64,000 bases of DNA from Opitutales bacterium. GTDB taxonomy: Bacteria; Verrucomicrobiota; Verrucomicrobiia; Opitutales; PNEW01. Both the position numbers and the translations under genes were made by a program. This document shows, piece after piece, positions 42,109 to 53,405 of the stretch (positions are counted from its first letter, which is position 1; each line of letters starts with the position of its first letter). The notes beneath the pieces were generated by a model. That model did no database searches and was not told the origin of the DNA. It saw only the letters and a program-made list of their open reading frames with translations. The stretch lies in the NCBI GenBank assembly GCA_965197745.1, contig CBDANS010000005.1:96001-160000 (forward strand). Reading direction: 5' to 3'.

Positions 42109-42333
42109 CTGGGACTGGCCGTCATCGAGTGGAAATCGTTTATGCCGAGGCTGCGTCTTTGCCTGTGACTTCGAAAACGAGGGTTAGATTCATCGTAAAT
42201 TTAAGAGGGGTAGCCCAGGGTCAATATATGATCGGTGGTCACAATTCGATTTCTTCTTGCTTATTTTTGCTCCGGTCTCAAATGTTTAAAGCTCATACAC
42301 TAAGCGAATAAAAACAAGATAAAGCAATTAAAA

Positions 42334-42807
42334 ATGGCACTTGAAAAAGGACAAAAAGCACCCGATTTTACTCTAAAATCTAAATCCGCAGAGGGACTGG
42401 ATGATATCAAATTAAGCGACAACTTTGGGAAAAAGAATTCGGTGATCCTTTTCTTTCCGTTGGCTTTCACCGACGTATGTCGGGATGAGATGTGCTCGGT
42501 AAGTGAAGGTATCGGTGAATATGAATCTCTTGAAGCCAGCGTTTATGGCATAAGCGTCGACAGTCCTTTTTCGCAGGAAGGTTGGGCTCAGGTTAATAAA
42601 ATTACTATCCCTCTCCTCAGTGACTTTAATAAGGAAGTCTGCGCGGCATATGATGTAATGTATGAAGATCTTCTTGGTTTCAAAGGAGTGGCTAAACGAT
42701 CCGCCTTCGTTATAAATAAAGATGGCGATATTGTTTACAGTTGGTCGAGTGATGATCCCCATAACCTGCCGCCATTTGATGAAATAAAAGCTGCGCTAAG
42801 CGCTTGA
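42334..42807 (+). CDS. Peroxiredoxin (AhpC/TSA, AhpE/BCP-like)
   Basis: 'FFPLAFTDVC..EMC', 'ISVDS', 'LLSD', 'RSAFVI'. Confidence 0.92.
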   Translation: MALEKGQKAPDFTLKSKSAEGLDDIKLSDNFGKKNSVILFFPLAFTDVCRDEMCSVSEGIGEYESLEASVYGISVDSPFSQEGWAQVNKITIPLLSDFNKEVCAAYDVMYEDLLGFKGVAKRSAFVINKDGDIVYSWSSDDPHNLPPFDEIKAALSA

Positions 42808-42892
42808 TCATATAGTTCTCTTTAATTTTTATTCGGCTCATCGCCGAGAACAATAAGTTGAACCATTCAATCTGATTATTCAGCACCGGTGA

Positions 42893-45631
42893 TTGATGAG
42901 TAGAACATTGCCTAACCCTTTTAACGTTTTAAAATCTTTTGATGGAGGGAAGGGTGGCAAGGGTTGTTTATATTCTATCCCCTCCCTGGAAGAAGCGGGA
43001 TTGGGTAATATATCAAGATTGCCGGTATCAATACGTATTGTCCTGGAATCCGTTTTGCGCAATTGCGATGGTGAAAACATTAAAGAAAAAGACGTTGAGT
43101 CATTGGCAAATTGGACTGCTTCCCAACCTGCTTTAGTTGAAATCCCCTTTACTGTTTCGCGTATCGTCTTACAGGATTTTACGGGAGTTCCGTTGCTCGT
43201 CGATCTCGCCGCCATGCGTGACGCGGTAAAGGCTTTAGGGAATGATCCTAACCTGATCGAACCATTAGTGCCTGTTGATCTTGTTATCGATCACTCCGTG
43301 CAGGTGGACCGTTCGGGTACTCCCCAGTCGTTTCTTGCCAACCTGCAGATTGAATTTGAAAGAAACCGGGAGCGATACCAGTTTTTAAAATGGGGTCAGC
43401 AAGCCTTTAAAACCTTCAGCGTTGTCCCTCCCTCAATCGGGATTGTTCACCAGGTCAACCTGGAATACCTGGCACGGCTCGTCTTTACCCGTGATACAGG
43501 TGATCAAACAGTGTATTTTCCAGATACACTGGTAGGGACCGACTCGCATACAACAATGATTAATGGCTTGGGAATTGTTGGATGGGGTGTAGGAGGAATT
43601 GAAGCAGAAGCCGGGATGCTTGGGCAACCGGTCTCGTTTCTCACTCCCGAAGTGATAGGCGTTCACCTGTCAGGAAAATTGAATGAGGGAGTTACTGCTA
43701 CGGATCTTACGCTGCGCATTACTGAATTGTTACGTGAGGAAAAAGTCGTCGGTAAATTTGTCGAATTTTTTGGTAGTGGGGCGAGTCAATTAACGGTCGC
43801 AGATCGGGCTACCATATCCAATATGGCACCGGAATACGGGGCCACGATCGGATTCTTTCCTGTTGACGATAAGACCCTGGATTACCTGCGCATGACCGGA
43901 CGCACCGATGAACATGTTGCTCTTGTAAAATCTTATTATGAAGCGCAGCAATTGTTTGGTATCCCCGAAACGGGGGAAATCGATTATACTAAAGTAATCG
44001 ATCTCAGCCTCGACTCCGTGATGCCCTGTGTCGCAGGACCGAAGCGTCCCCAGGATCGTATCGAATTGCCTCATTTAAAAGATACCTTTATAGATTTATT
44101 CACGCGAGATAGTGACAGTGGGGGGTTTGGGAGATCCCCTGAATCATTTTCCACGAAGGTGCCGGTCCACCTCAATGGCTCAAACAAGGGCGAAAGCGAA
44201 CCCGAGATCGGACATGGGACGGTATTGATCGCGGCTATAACAAGCTGCACGAACACGAGCAACCCCAACGTAATGATGGCTGCCGGCCTTCTGGCAAAAA
44301 AGGCCGTTGAGAGGGGAATGGGGGTAAATTCAACGGTTAAAACCAGCCTGGCTCCCGGATCTCGCGTGGTTACTGATTATCTCAATAAAACCGGATTGCA
44401 GGAATATCTCGACAAACTCGGTTTTAACCTTGTCGGCTATGGCTGCACCACTTGTATCGGCAACAGTGGTCCGCTCGACACACCCATTGACGCTGCGATA
44501 AAAGAGGGTGATCTTGTCGCAGCAAGCGTGCTTTCAGGAAATCGAAACTTTGAGGCGAGAATCCATTCCTCGATAAAAGCCAATTTTTTAATGTCACCTC
44601 CACTTGTCGTTGCCTACGCCCTGGCCGGTAGAATCGATATCGATCTTACGACCGAGGCGTTGGGCGAAGACAAGGACGGCAATCCGGTCTACTTAAAAGA
44701 TCTTTGGCCAACCCAGGAAGAGATCCAGGATCAAATCACGCTAGGCCTCAATCCGGATATGTTTAAAGAAAAATACGCGCACGTCCTTGATGCTAATCCC
44801 CAGTGGGACGAAATTGAAGTGACGGGCAGTACCCTTTATGGGTGGGACAGTGACAGCACCTATATACAACTACCCCCATTTTTTAAAAATTTTGGATTGG
44901 AACCAGGGAAGATCGAATCGTTCAGCGCTATGCGCCCACTGGCACTATTAGGAGATTCTGTTACCACCGATCATATTTCACCTGCGGGCGCCATCGGGAA
45001 AGATAGTCCTGCCGGTCAGCACCTCATCGCCCAAGGGGTTGAACCCACGCAGTTCAACTCCTTCGGCTCCCGCCGGGGCAATGATCGGGTAATGACTCGT
45101 GGTACTTTTGGCAATGTTCGCATCAGGAATTTTATGGCAGAAGGAAGGGAAGGTGGATTCACAAAACTCTTACCCGAGGGTGACATCATGCCCATCTATG
45201 ATGCCTGCCAAGTTTATGCTCAAAGAAATACCCCCTTGATTGTATTTGCGGGCAACGATTACGGCATGGGCAGTTCTCGTGACTGGGCGGCGAAGGGTGC
45301 GCGCCTGCTTGGAGTGAAGGTCGTTGTTGCCAGCAGTTTTGAACGTATACACCGAAGTAACCTTATCGGCATGGGCGTTCTCCCGCTGCAATTTAAAGAA
45401 AGCGATAATATTTCGAGCCTCAATCTTCAAGGTACTGAAACATTCTCTATTCTCGATCTCGACGACGACCTGCAGCCCAGCCAGGATCTCTCTCTTCAAA
45501 TCAGCCGTGAGGACAACACCGTTGATACGATTAAGGTCATTGTTCGTATTGAAACCCCTGGGGAAATCGAATATTATCGACACGGAGGCATTCTTCAATA
45601 TGTTTTAAGAAGCATTATTCAGTCGCCCTAA
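42893..45631 (+). CDS. acnA: Aconitate hydratase A
   Basis: 'QDFTGVP', 'GTDSHTTM', '[10 protein letters not shown]', '[10 protein letters not shown]', 'TTDHISPAG', '[10 protein letters not shown]'. Confidence 0.97.
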   Translation: MMSRTLPNPFNVLKSFDGGKGGKGCLYSIPSLEEAGLGNISRLPVSIRIVLESVLRNCDGENIKEKDVESLANWTASQPALVEIPFTVSRIVLQDFTGVPLLVDLAAMRDAVKALGNDPNLIEPLVPVDLVIDHSVQVDRSGTPQSFLANLQIEFERNRERYQFLKWGQQAFKTFSVVPPSIGIVHQVNLEYLARLVFTRDTGDQTVYFPDTLVGTDSHTTMINGLGIVGWGVGGIEAEAGMLGQPVSFLTPEVIGVHLSGKLNEGVTATDLTLRITELLREEKVVGKFVEFFGSGASQLTVADRATISNMAPEYGATIGFFPVDDKTLDYLRMTGRTDEHVALVKSYYEAQQLFGIPETGEIDYTKVIDLSLDSVMPCVAGPKRPQDRIELPHLKDTFIDLFTRDSDSGGFGRSPESFSTKVPVHLNGSNKGESEPEIGHGTVLIAAITSCTNTSNPNVMMAAGLLAKKAVERGMGVNSTVKTSLAPGSRVVTDYLNKTGLQEYLDKLGFNLVGYGCTTCIGNSGPLDTPIDAAIKEGDLVAASVLSGNRNFEARIHSSIKANFLMSPPLVVAYALAGRIDIDLTTEALGEDKDGNPVYLKDLWPTQEEIQDQITLGLNPDMFKEKYAHVLDANPQWDEIEVTGSTLYGWDSDSTYIQLPPFFKNFGLEPGKIESFSAMRPLALLGDSVTTDHISPAGAIGKDSPAGQHLIAQGVEPTQFNSFGSRRGNDRVMTRGTFGNVRIRNFMAEGREGGFTKLLPEGDIMPIYDACQVYAQRNTPLIVFAGNDYGMGSSRDWAAKGARLLGVKVVVASSFERIHRSNLIGMGVLPLQFKESDNISSLNLQGTETFSILDLDDDLQPSQDLSLQISREDNTVDTIKVIVRIETPGEIEYYRHGGILQYVLRSIIQSP

Positions 45632-45648
45632 AGGTACCCCCATATAAA

Positions 45649-46152
45649 ATGGCTGAAAATTCTGAGCCAGTATTCTTAGTAAGCGCTTACTCTGAACCCG
45701 TGGTTTTAAAAATAGCGGGACGTGTCAGTTACCTCAACTCGGCCCCGGTGAGTGATTTTTTCAACCGAATGGCGAAACTTGGGAAACATAATTTCATACT
45801 TGATTTTGCCGACTGCACAACGATGGACAGCACATTTCTCGGGATAATAGCCGGCGCAACGTTAAGGGTGTTGAAAGAAGATCCTCCAGGCAGTTTTGTC
45901 CTTTGTCGATTAGGGACCCGCAATCTCGAACTCGTGCGTAATTTGGGGCTTCATCGAATAGCCACCGTGGATGCGTGTGACTTTCCCATGGAATTCGATT
46001 CTCCTGAGCAAAGCCTCAACGCCAGCAATGACGGTAAAATTGAAAACGCAAAATTAGTTCTCCAGGCGCACGAGAATCTCATCGAGATCGACGAAAAAAA
46101 CAAATCCCGTTTTCAGGATGTTGTTGCCTATTTAAAAAACCAGGTTGATTAG
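45649..46152 (+). CDS. STAS-domain anti-sigma-factor antagonist (RsbV/SpoIIAA-like)
   Basis: 'LDFADCTTMDSTFLG' with the phosphoacceptor Ser. Confidence 0.88.
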   Translation: MAENSEPVFLVSAYSEPVVLKIAGRVSYLNSAPVSDFFNRMAKLGKHNFILDFADCTTMDSTFLGIIAGATLRVLKEDPPGSFVLCRLGTRNLELVRNLGLHRIATVDACDFPMEFDSPEQSLNASNDGKIENAKLVLQAHENLIEIDEKNKSRFQDVVAYLKNQVD

Positions 46153-46176
46153 CCCTCAATCCCTTTATAAGGGTAT

Positions 46177-47619
46177 ATGATGATACCGTTTTTGCTGGGT
46201 TTAATAATTGGAGGAATCATCGGCTGGTTTTTCTACTCTGTAGCCCGCAGCAACTATTTGCGCGTGGACGAAGAAAAGCAACGTCTCGCTCAGGAAAAAC
46301 AGATTGTTCTCGATTTTATGCATAATATGGTGGAGGCAATCGGGGAAGGTGTTACCCGAGATGAACTCTATCAGCGCATATTGCACACCGCTATATTAAG
46401 CACGGGTGCACTTAGCGCCTGTGTGTTTGAGAAAACGGAAGACAATAAATTGCGTGGCGTAGCGGTTGAGGGACTGTTCCCTCCACAGCGTCCTCTCCCT
46501 GCAAGTTCGAAAGTTAAAATTTCAACCCGCGCAAAATTTATCGAGCAGGTTTTACGTTCAGAACAATTCGAAATGGGTGAGGGGTTGATCGGCGCGGTAG
46601 CGGAGAGCGGTAAGGGTGAATTTATTCCAGATGCGTCGAGAGATCATCGCGTGATTACTCACGATGATCCGTCGCTAATCATCCAGTCGCTTATTCTTAC
46701 CCCCATTCTTTGCGAAGATGATATTATGGGTGTCCTCGTAGTGGCGAATCGTGCGGATGGGCTTTCATTTAGTGAAATGGATTTCTCTCTTGTTGTCTCC
46801 CTTGCTGAACAATCCGGACTCGCCATACACAATGCCGATCTGATGAATCTTCAATTGGAAAAGAACAAGCTCGATATGGACATTTCACTGGCAAGCGGTA
46901 TTCAGAGTATGCTTTTACCGAAGACATATCCACAAATAGCGGAGCTGGATCTCGACGCGCGATATTTACCGGCACAAAAAGTGGGAGGCGATTTTTATGA
47001 TATTTTTCAACTAAGTAAAAGCAGAATTGGAGTGGCTATTGCTGACGCCTCGGGGAAGGGAATTCCGGCGTCATTATTGATGGCCATTTGTCAAAGCAAG
47101 TTGCGCCATTTCGCGCGGCAATATGATTCTCCCTCGCGTGTGCTTTCAGAAATAAATCGTGATATGACTGAAGATATCCGCGAAGACATGTTTGTGACAA
47201 TACTGTATGCAATCATCGATACCGATAAAGATGAAATAATTCTTGCCCGTGCCGGCCACGAGTTACCCATTCACTGCCATCGTGACGTGGAGGAGGGTTT
47301 GTTTAAAACGACGATGATTGGGTCCGAGGGCATGGCCCTGGGCATGGTTCCATCGGAATTGTTTCAGTCCGTTATCGTTGATAAAAAAGTGCCCTTTGTC
47401 CGTGATGATATTTTTCTTTTTTACACCGATGGCGTAACCGAAACTGCGAATTGGGATGGAACCGAGTATTCATCGCCGCGACTTGCCGATACGCTTAAAA
47501 CCCTGCATGGGCGGCCAGCGGATGAGCTTAATCAGGGGATTCTTGATAGTTTAACACGGTTTTCAGGTGTGGTGGGACAGGGAGATGACATAACATTGGT
47601 GACGGTTAAACACCGTTAG
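46177..47619 (+). CDS. Membrane-anchored GAF + SpoIIE/PP2C phosphatase (RsbU-like)
   Basis: N-terminal TM helix, GAF, 'VGGDFYD', 'ADASGKG', 'YTDGVTE', 'DDITLV'. Confidence 0.92.
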   Translation: MMIPFLLGLIIGGIIGWFFYSVARSNYLRVDEEKQRLAQEKQIVLDFMHNMVEAIGEGVTRDELYQRILHTAILSTGALSACVFEKTEDNKLRGVAVEGLFPPQRPLPASSKVKISTRAKFIEQVLRSEQFEMGEGLIGAVAESGKGEFIPDASRDHRVITHDDPSLIIQSLILTPILCEDDIMGVLVVANRADGLSFSEMDFSLVVSLAEQSGLAIHNADLMNLQLEKNKLDMDISLASGIQSMLLPKTYPQIAELDLDARYLPAQKVGGDFYDIFQLSKSRIGVAIADASGKGIPASLLMAICQSKLRHFARQYDSPSRVLSEINRDMTEDIREDMFVTILYAIIDTDKDEIILARAGHELPIHCHRDVEEGLFKTTMIGSEGMALGMVPSELFQSVIVDKKVPFVRDDIFLFYTDGVTETANWDGTEYSSPRLADTLKTLHGRPADELNQGILDSLTRFSGVVGQGDDITLVTVKHR

Positions 47620-47795
47620 TTTTATTCTTCGGAGTGAGATTAACTACAATGATTAGTGATCATTATTTTTTGCCATAAGCATCCTTCAATTACTACTTGA
47701 TCAAATCAGGTATTATGAGAAAATCGGATTTGATTCGTTCATTGAATTATAAGCGACGGGAGTGAACGAGCAATTTTAGAACGCGAATTTTAATC

Positions 47796-49034
47796 ATGCA
47801 AACAGCATCCGATATCGAAAAAATATCTCGTTATTCACTACCGGACAAAGATGGGCATTTTGGTCCTTACGGTGGAATGTACATACCGGAAACATTGATG
47901 ACTTCTTTATATTCATTGCAAGATGCTTATAAAGAAGCGCGTAAGGATGCAGCGTATGTGAACGAATTGGAATTTTATTTAAGTAATTATGGCGGCCGTC
48001 CTACACCTCTGTATTATGCTGATCGATTGAGCAGGGAGCTGGGCGGGGCGAAAATCTATTTGAAGCGTGAGGATTTATTGCACACCGGTGCCCACAAGAT
48101 GAATAATGTTCTCGGCCAGATATTGCTTGCTCGCCGCATGGGCAAGAAGCGCATAATCGCGGAGACCGGAGCCGGTCAGCACGGAGTCGCGACCGCGGCA
48201 GCCTGCGCCAAATTTGGTCTGGAGTGCGTCATTTATATGGGTGCTGTAGATATGGAGCGTCAGGCCCTCAATGTATTCCGCATGCACCTTTGCGGAGCCG
48301 AGGTCCGGGCGGTCGATGCTGGTCAGAAAACGCTTAAGGAAGCTATAAACGAGGCGATTCGCGATTGGGTGACGAATGTGCGCACATCGCACTATTTGTT
48401 GGGATCTGTCCTTGGCCCCCATCCCTATCCGATGATGGTTCGTGATTTTAACAGTGTTATCGGAAAGGAAACGCGGGAGCAGATTATGAAATTAGAGGGT
48501 CGTCTGCCCGATGAAATGGTGGCCTGTGTCGGCGGTGGGAGTAATGCCATCGGTTTCTTTTTCGATTTTCTTGAGGAAGAAACGATAAGGTTAACCGGGG
48601 TTGAAGCCGGGGGGCGAAGCGTGAAAATTGGCGATCACGCGGCGCGTTTTGAGGGCGGTAAAGTGGGGGTCCTTCATGGGTGTAAAACTTATATCTTGCA
48701 AGATCCCGATGGGCAAATTGAATTAACCCATTCCATTTCCGCAGGTTTGGATTACGCGGCTATCGGTCCGGAACATGCCTTTTATCATGATCGCGGACGG
48801 ATAGATTATGGTTATGCGAACGACGAGGATGTGCTTAAGGCCTTCCAGCAGCTCTCGCAGTGCGAAGGCATCATCCCGGCTCTTGAATCAACCCATGCCG
48901 TTGCTTATGCCATAAAACGCGCACCCCAATTGAGCTCGGAAAAAATAATGATAATTAATTTGAGCGGGAGAGGGGACAAAGATGTGGACCACGCGAAGGA
49001 ATATATTTTAGGCCCGAAAAAAGGAGAGTCATGA
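47796..49034 (+). CDS. trpB: Tryptophan synthase beta chain
   Basis: '[13 protein letters not shown]', 'AETGAGQHG', 'GGGSNA', 'SAGLDY', 'LSGRGDKD'. Confidence 0.98.
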   Translation: MQTASDIEKISRYSLPDKDGHFGPYGGMYIPETLMTSLYSLQDAYKEARKDAAYVNELEFYLSNYGGRPTPLYYADRLSRELGGAKIYLKREDLLHTGAHKMNNVLGQILLARRMGKKRIIAETGAGQHGVATAAACAKFGLECVIYMGAVDMERQALNVFRMHLCGAEVRAVDAGQKTLKEAINEAIRDWVTNVRTSHYLLGSVLGPHPYPMMVRDFNSVIGKETREQIMKLEGRLPDEMVACVGGGSNAIGFFFDFLEEETIRLTGVEAGGRSVKIGDHAARFEGGKVGVLHGCKTYILQDPDGQIELTHSISAGLDYAAIGPEHAFYHDRGRIDYGYANDEDVLKAFQQLSQCEGIIPALESTHAVAYAIKRAPQLSSEKIMIINLSGRGDKDVDHAKEYILGPKKGES

Positions 49035-49903
49035 ACAGTATGACCGGCTTTGGTCGTGGGAACGCGACTGGCGATCAACTGGAAATTGTCGTTGAACTTA
49101 CTTCATTGAACAGGCGGAACTTCGAGTTATCATCTACATTCCCAAAAGAGTGGCAGAGCCTGGAATACAAACTCTCGCAACGGATTCGTCAAACGATCAA
49201 ACGGGGGAGAGTAAACGCAGTGGTCCAAGTGCAGCATTTTCCGGCAGGGAATGCCTTGTCATGGGATGAAGATGCGGTGAAGGCGACCTTAATCAAGATG
49301 GAAAAATTGGCCGGTAAAACGAGAGTGTCATTTAAACGTGATGCCCGACTTCTTTTTGATGTCACCCGCTCTCACCTTGTGAGAACGGAACTCCCCTCGA
49401 CCGAGGAGGCTTGGACCCTCATTGAAAAAGCTTTGTCCGAAGCATTAGATAAGCTCAGTGCCATGCGACGTGATGAAGGGGTTACCCTCGCCAAAGATTT
49501 AAAGACCCGAATTGATATTATTGCAACCTTGGTGAACGAAATTCGCAGTGAATCGAGCAAGGTAGTACCAAAATATCGCGAGACCCTCATGCAGCGATTA
49601 AGCCAGGCAGGACTTGAATTAGAGATCAACGATGAACGTGTGCTTAAGGAAATTGCACTGGCCGCCGATCGCTGTGATATCTCAGAGGAAATCACCCGTC
49701 TCAGTAGTCATTTGGAACAGTTTCAAACGTGCTTGCACGATGAAGAATTAATTGGGCGAAAACTGGAATTTATTCTCCAGGAGATCAACCGCGAAATCAA
49801 TACTGTCGCCAGTAAAGCAAACCATATAGAAATTATTAATCGCGTATTAAATTGTAAAAACGAGATTGAGCGCATACGCGAACAGGTCCAGAATGTGGAG
49901 TAA
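49031..49903 (+). CDS. yicC: YicC/YloC family endoribonuclease
   Basis: 'SMTGFGR', 'DISEEITRL', 'GRKLEF..QE.NREINT..SK', 'EQVQNVE'. Confidence 0.95.
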   Translation: MNSMTGFGRGNATGDQLEIVVELTSLNRRNFELSSTFPKEWQSLEYKLSQRIRQTIKRGRVNAVVQVQHFPAGNALSWDEDAVKATLIKMEKLAGKTRVSFKRDARLLFDVTRSHLVRTELPSTEEAWTLIEKALSEALDKLSAMRRDEGVTLAKDLKTRIDIIATLVNEIRSESSKVVPKYRETLMQRLSQAGLELEINDERVLKEIALAADRCDISEEITRLSSHLEQFQTCLHDEELIGRKLEFILQEINREINTVASKANHIEIINRVLNCKNEIERIREQVQNVE

Positions 49904-49960
49904 CACACCGCTGGTGCCATGAAATAATATTAATCTTTGTCTAGGAACTAATAGCCATCA

Positions 49961-50020
49961 GCTGTCGTCCCGCGGTGGCGGGACTATGGCCGACAGGCAA
50001 GAGGCACAAGAAGCACAAAA
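49961..50020. repeat. GC-rich palindromic REP-like element followed by the short direct repeat GCACAA
   Basis: CTGTCG-TCCCGC-GGTG-GCGGGA-CTATGGC-CGACAG hairpin; core CGCGGTGGCGGG also occurs inverted at 15886-15897. Confidence 0.55.
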
Positions 50021-50171
50021 AAAAGATTTTGAGTAAAATATTCCTATCTCAATTTATCAGAATATTTTAGACGAAGACGAAGATAATTAAAAATCTTCAA
50101 GTCCTCTGCCTGCGCAATGGGATCCCCACCGGTCTCTCGAAGCCGGGCAGGGAATAATCAATTAACAACGC

Positions 50172-50852
50172 TTAACGAACTTTACCGACCAGGGCGGTTT
50201 TAAAAAATAAGGCTTCGAAGCTTTTTCGCGCGACATTATCAACGATTTTCTCGGGTCCGTAGATCCCTCAGACAAGCAGGTAATCCCCGACGAGTAAAAA
50301 GTACTCATAATGTTTGGTTTTATTACCATTTCCCGGGTCGGTGATTGTGTAATTAACCACGCGATTGAGCTTACTCAAAGGCCATGTATACTGAACTTTG
50401 GGCCGGTAATTCCCGTCATCATTTAGAATCTCAATTGAGTTTCTGTGTCTTAACTTCAGGCCTTCGATATACCCTTTAATATGTTCGGGCCCGATGTTAG
50501 GCATGAAATCTTTTTTTGAATAGAGGCTTATGAAGAATGTCGTCTGGGGATTGCCTCGAAAATAATAGCTGATCGAGGTATCGGGATCTTTCTTCCGGGA
50601 CCAACCTGTGGGGGTCTTCATTTCTATATTAAAGTAGGGTGAAGTGATAAAATACCGCTTAATGATATCTCCATCCGCGTCAAAACTACGGACTTTAACA
50701 TCGAAGGTGGCCATCGGTCTACCGGGTTTCTGGTAAATCGGGCCTTCGTACTTAGGCTCTTTAGGCTGAGCTTGTGCTATGGTTGAAATCAGAAAAAGCA
50801 CGGCTCCGAAAAGAAGAACTTTTATCAGCTTTTCGCGTATTACTGGTCTCAT
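50172..50852 (-). pseudogene. Exported hypothetical protein with a probable premature in-frame TGA (50268-50270)
   Basis: Signal peptide ending 'AQA'; after 'YLLV*' the frame continues 31 codons (GIYGPEKIVDNVARKSFEALFFKTALVGKVR) to TAA. Confidence 0.5.
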
Positions 50853-50950
50853 CTTACCGAGTATTATCTCAGTTTAAATACTCATATGTCAATAATGGAT
50901 AAGGGTATAAGTGATTGATTATTTTTCCCTTAACAAGCGGGTACAGAATT

Positions 50951-51004
50951 AAGGGCCAGGATAAGAGAGCAAGTTCTACAGCCCTCTCGTCCCGGCCCTT
51001 TTTT
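50951..51004. terminator. Long imperfect hairpin after the large pilus-associated gene
   Basis: AAGGGCC...GGCCCTT with inner GAGAG/CTCTC, T run on + strand. Confidence 0.5.
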
Positions 51005-51023
51005 AAATGTTAATCGTTGTCGT

Positions 51024-53399
51024 TTAAAACAGATTAGCTATCGCCGTATCGTATTCATCCTTGGTCAGGTCTTTAAATGCCGTGCGACGGAAGGTGCGGA
51101 CAATAGGGGCTCCGGGCGGATAACGTCCTTCAGCGAAGTTTCGGTTAAAGCCAAAGTCACGTGAAGGCCACCGGTAATAGCTGGTATAATTGGTGGGCCG
51201 TGGCTGCGGGTGCACCTCGCTTTGAAAGAGAGAGACGAGGGAACCACGGATGGTCATGGTCCCACCACTCCACCACTCGATCATACGCGGGTAATTATGA
51301 AGTCCCCCACTAGTTGTACCATCATAGTTAACGGACCAGTCGGGATAGGTGGGTGCGAGACCGGTTATAAGAGCAGCGGATATTTCTATGTATGTTGCAC
51401 CAGAAGCACTCTTTGCCGGGCGAGTTGAGGAAGACACATTATCATCACTACGTCTTACGTTTTTTCTATAGTCATAAGAAAGGATGGTCATCGCGTCACC
51501 AGCGAGGAGCGCCGGAGGTTCATCAGAAGGGGTGGCATCGTCCGGTTCCGTTGAATCGTTAGTATGGGCCACACCGTTTGCATTGAAAGACCCCCTGACA
51601 TAAAGCGGTGAATTGGTCGCGAGGTTCATCCCTCTCTCCTCGATAAAAGCTGCTGAAGCGGCACTATCCTTTTTCGGGTCGGGAATTTCATTGGCATTGA
51701 TCGTTTGCAGTACCACTTGAGGATCGGAAGCAATAACAAGCTGGTCAGCATGGTTACGGTTTGCGGCAGCAGCAGCAGCGGCATTAGAAGTATGGGGGAA
51801 TTGAACATAAACCACCCCGTTCCACCACTTGGCGGGTGTAGCCGTATCATCGGCCGTAGCCCAATCATCCGCGTCGTTGTCTTCGATCGCATCTTTGAGC
51901 CCACCGGTGCCGACATTGAGGCTGATTACATCGAGGGCGCCAAACCCCAGTGCTGTCCACTCGTTGATCGAACATACCGCCTTTTACGTCACCACCGCTA
52001 TAGGAATACCCATCAACATGGTTGACCACTGGGTCGCTGGCATCTTTAAGAGGGTCAATGGTATCAGGAGAGGTCATATTGGGATTATCCCATAATATGC
52101 CACCGATTACATTGGGCGGGATCTTCGTAAAGTAAACTTTTTGAGGATCGCCGTTGCCGTCAAAATCGAGATCGCTGGTCGGATCATCATCATCAACGCG
52201 CTTCCACCGATAAGCTTTGATATCATAATCGGCGGGAGTCGAAGTGGCGTCGACACGCGGGGTGCCCGTAATTTCAAATGTCAATCCTGCTTTAAAAGAA
52301 AATTTTTGCGCGCGCACATTATCACTTTTATAATCAGGGTCTGCTTTAAGAAGGACCGGTTCAATAATGGAGTAAGCATAATTTTCTGTTTCGTTACCGT
52401 CAGGATCATTTTTGTCAGTTGAAGGGTTATCAGGAACATAAGGCATGACTTCCAGTGGATTGAGGGTTGGCACACCATGCGCTTCGTCCTGGGCGTTGCC
52501 GTCCCAGGTCTGGTCGGCGAGCGCTGACCAATCGGGATCGCGGTTGTCCAGCCAGGATTCATCCGCGGAGGTAGGCCCTCCTTCATACATGCTTACAAAA
52601 TTACCACTGCCGTCTTTAATATTCACGTCGCCGGTATAGCCGTGGAGACCGGTTTGCTTATAGCCGTGCAGGATTTTTCCCCCGGCCGTGACCGTATTGT
52701 GCAGGTTAAGCGGTTTACCCGGTTTTGCCTGCGCCCAGATGTCGGTGTTGCTATGAATAGGACCACTGATATCCATCGACGAACCGGAGTGCATTTCGAG
52801 GTCCATATTGTAGAAAACGGCGTGACTGAGTAAGGGAGCATCGCGCACTTGAAGCGTCTGTGTGGTGTAGGCACTTACATTTTTACCTATAGAGGGTAGG
52901 CCACTGCTTTCCCATAAATTGTTACTTCCTGCACGCGACAGAGTTTACCTTTTAAGGGATCAAATTCATTGACCGGATCATTGGGATCGACATAAACACC
53001 GGGTGGCAGGGGGAATTCAATAACCTGCCCTCCATATATTTCCCCAGCGGCTGTATCGATAGTGGTGCCCGCATATAAAGCCGCAAACGAGTAATCGGCC
53101 AGATCCAGTGGATTTGCTTGAAGATAATTGATGGGCAGGGAAGAAGAGGTGGTAAACTTTTTTACCATTTCAGCGAAGCCATATTCGACGAGCGCTTCGG
53201 ACGCGTTTTTGGCTTCATTCCGCATGATGTGTCTTTTGTTTATCGTCTTTTCGGTAAGACCCCATTTCAAAGTGACCCCGATAACGATAAAAAATGCCAC
53301 GCCTATGATAAGGACGCTTACCAAGGCCGAACCTTTTTTAGGTATAAAGGATTTCGGTCTGTTATTAATCAATGTAGTAGTTGTATTATTATTATTCAT
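51024..53399 (-). pseudogene. Large PilX-N-terminal pilus-associated protein (~790 aa) split by two frameshifts
   Basis: 'KKGSALVSVLII' PilX-type N-terminus; three ORF pieces join near 52890 and 51945; C-terminal 'SGGLHNYPRMIEWW...RGSLVSL...YY..P.R.FGFN'. Confidence 0.75.
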
Positions 53400-53405
53400 T
53401 ATATT

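Noticed and set aside
47640..47795. Trp attenuator or Fur box upstream of trpB
   Set aside because: The short ORF there has no Trp codons; AATGAT-N5-ATCATT spacing does not fit the Fur consensus
50250..50270. Selenocysteine at the in-frame TGA (small GGG...CCC hairpin follows)
   Set aside because: The hairpin is weak, there is no redox motif, and neighbouring genes carry other lesion types
51764..51784. (GCA)n tract as a phase-variation switch
   Set aside because: A trinucleotide repeat encoding poly-Ala; length changes keep the frame
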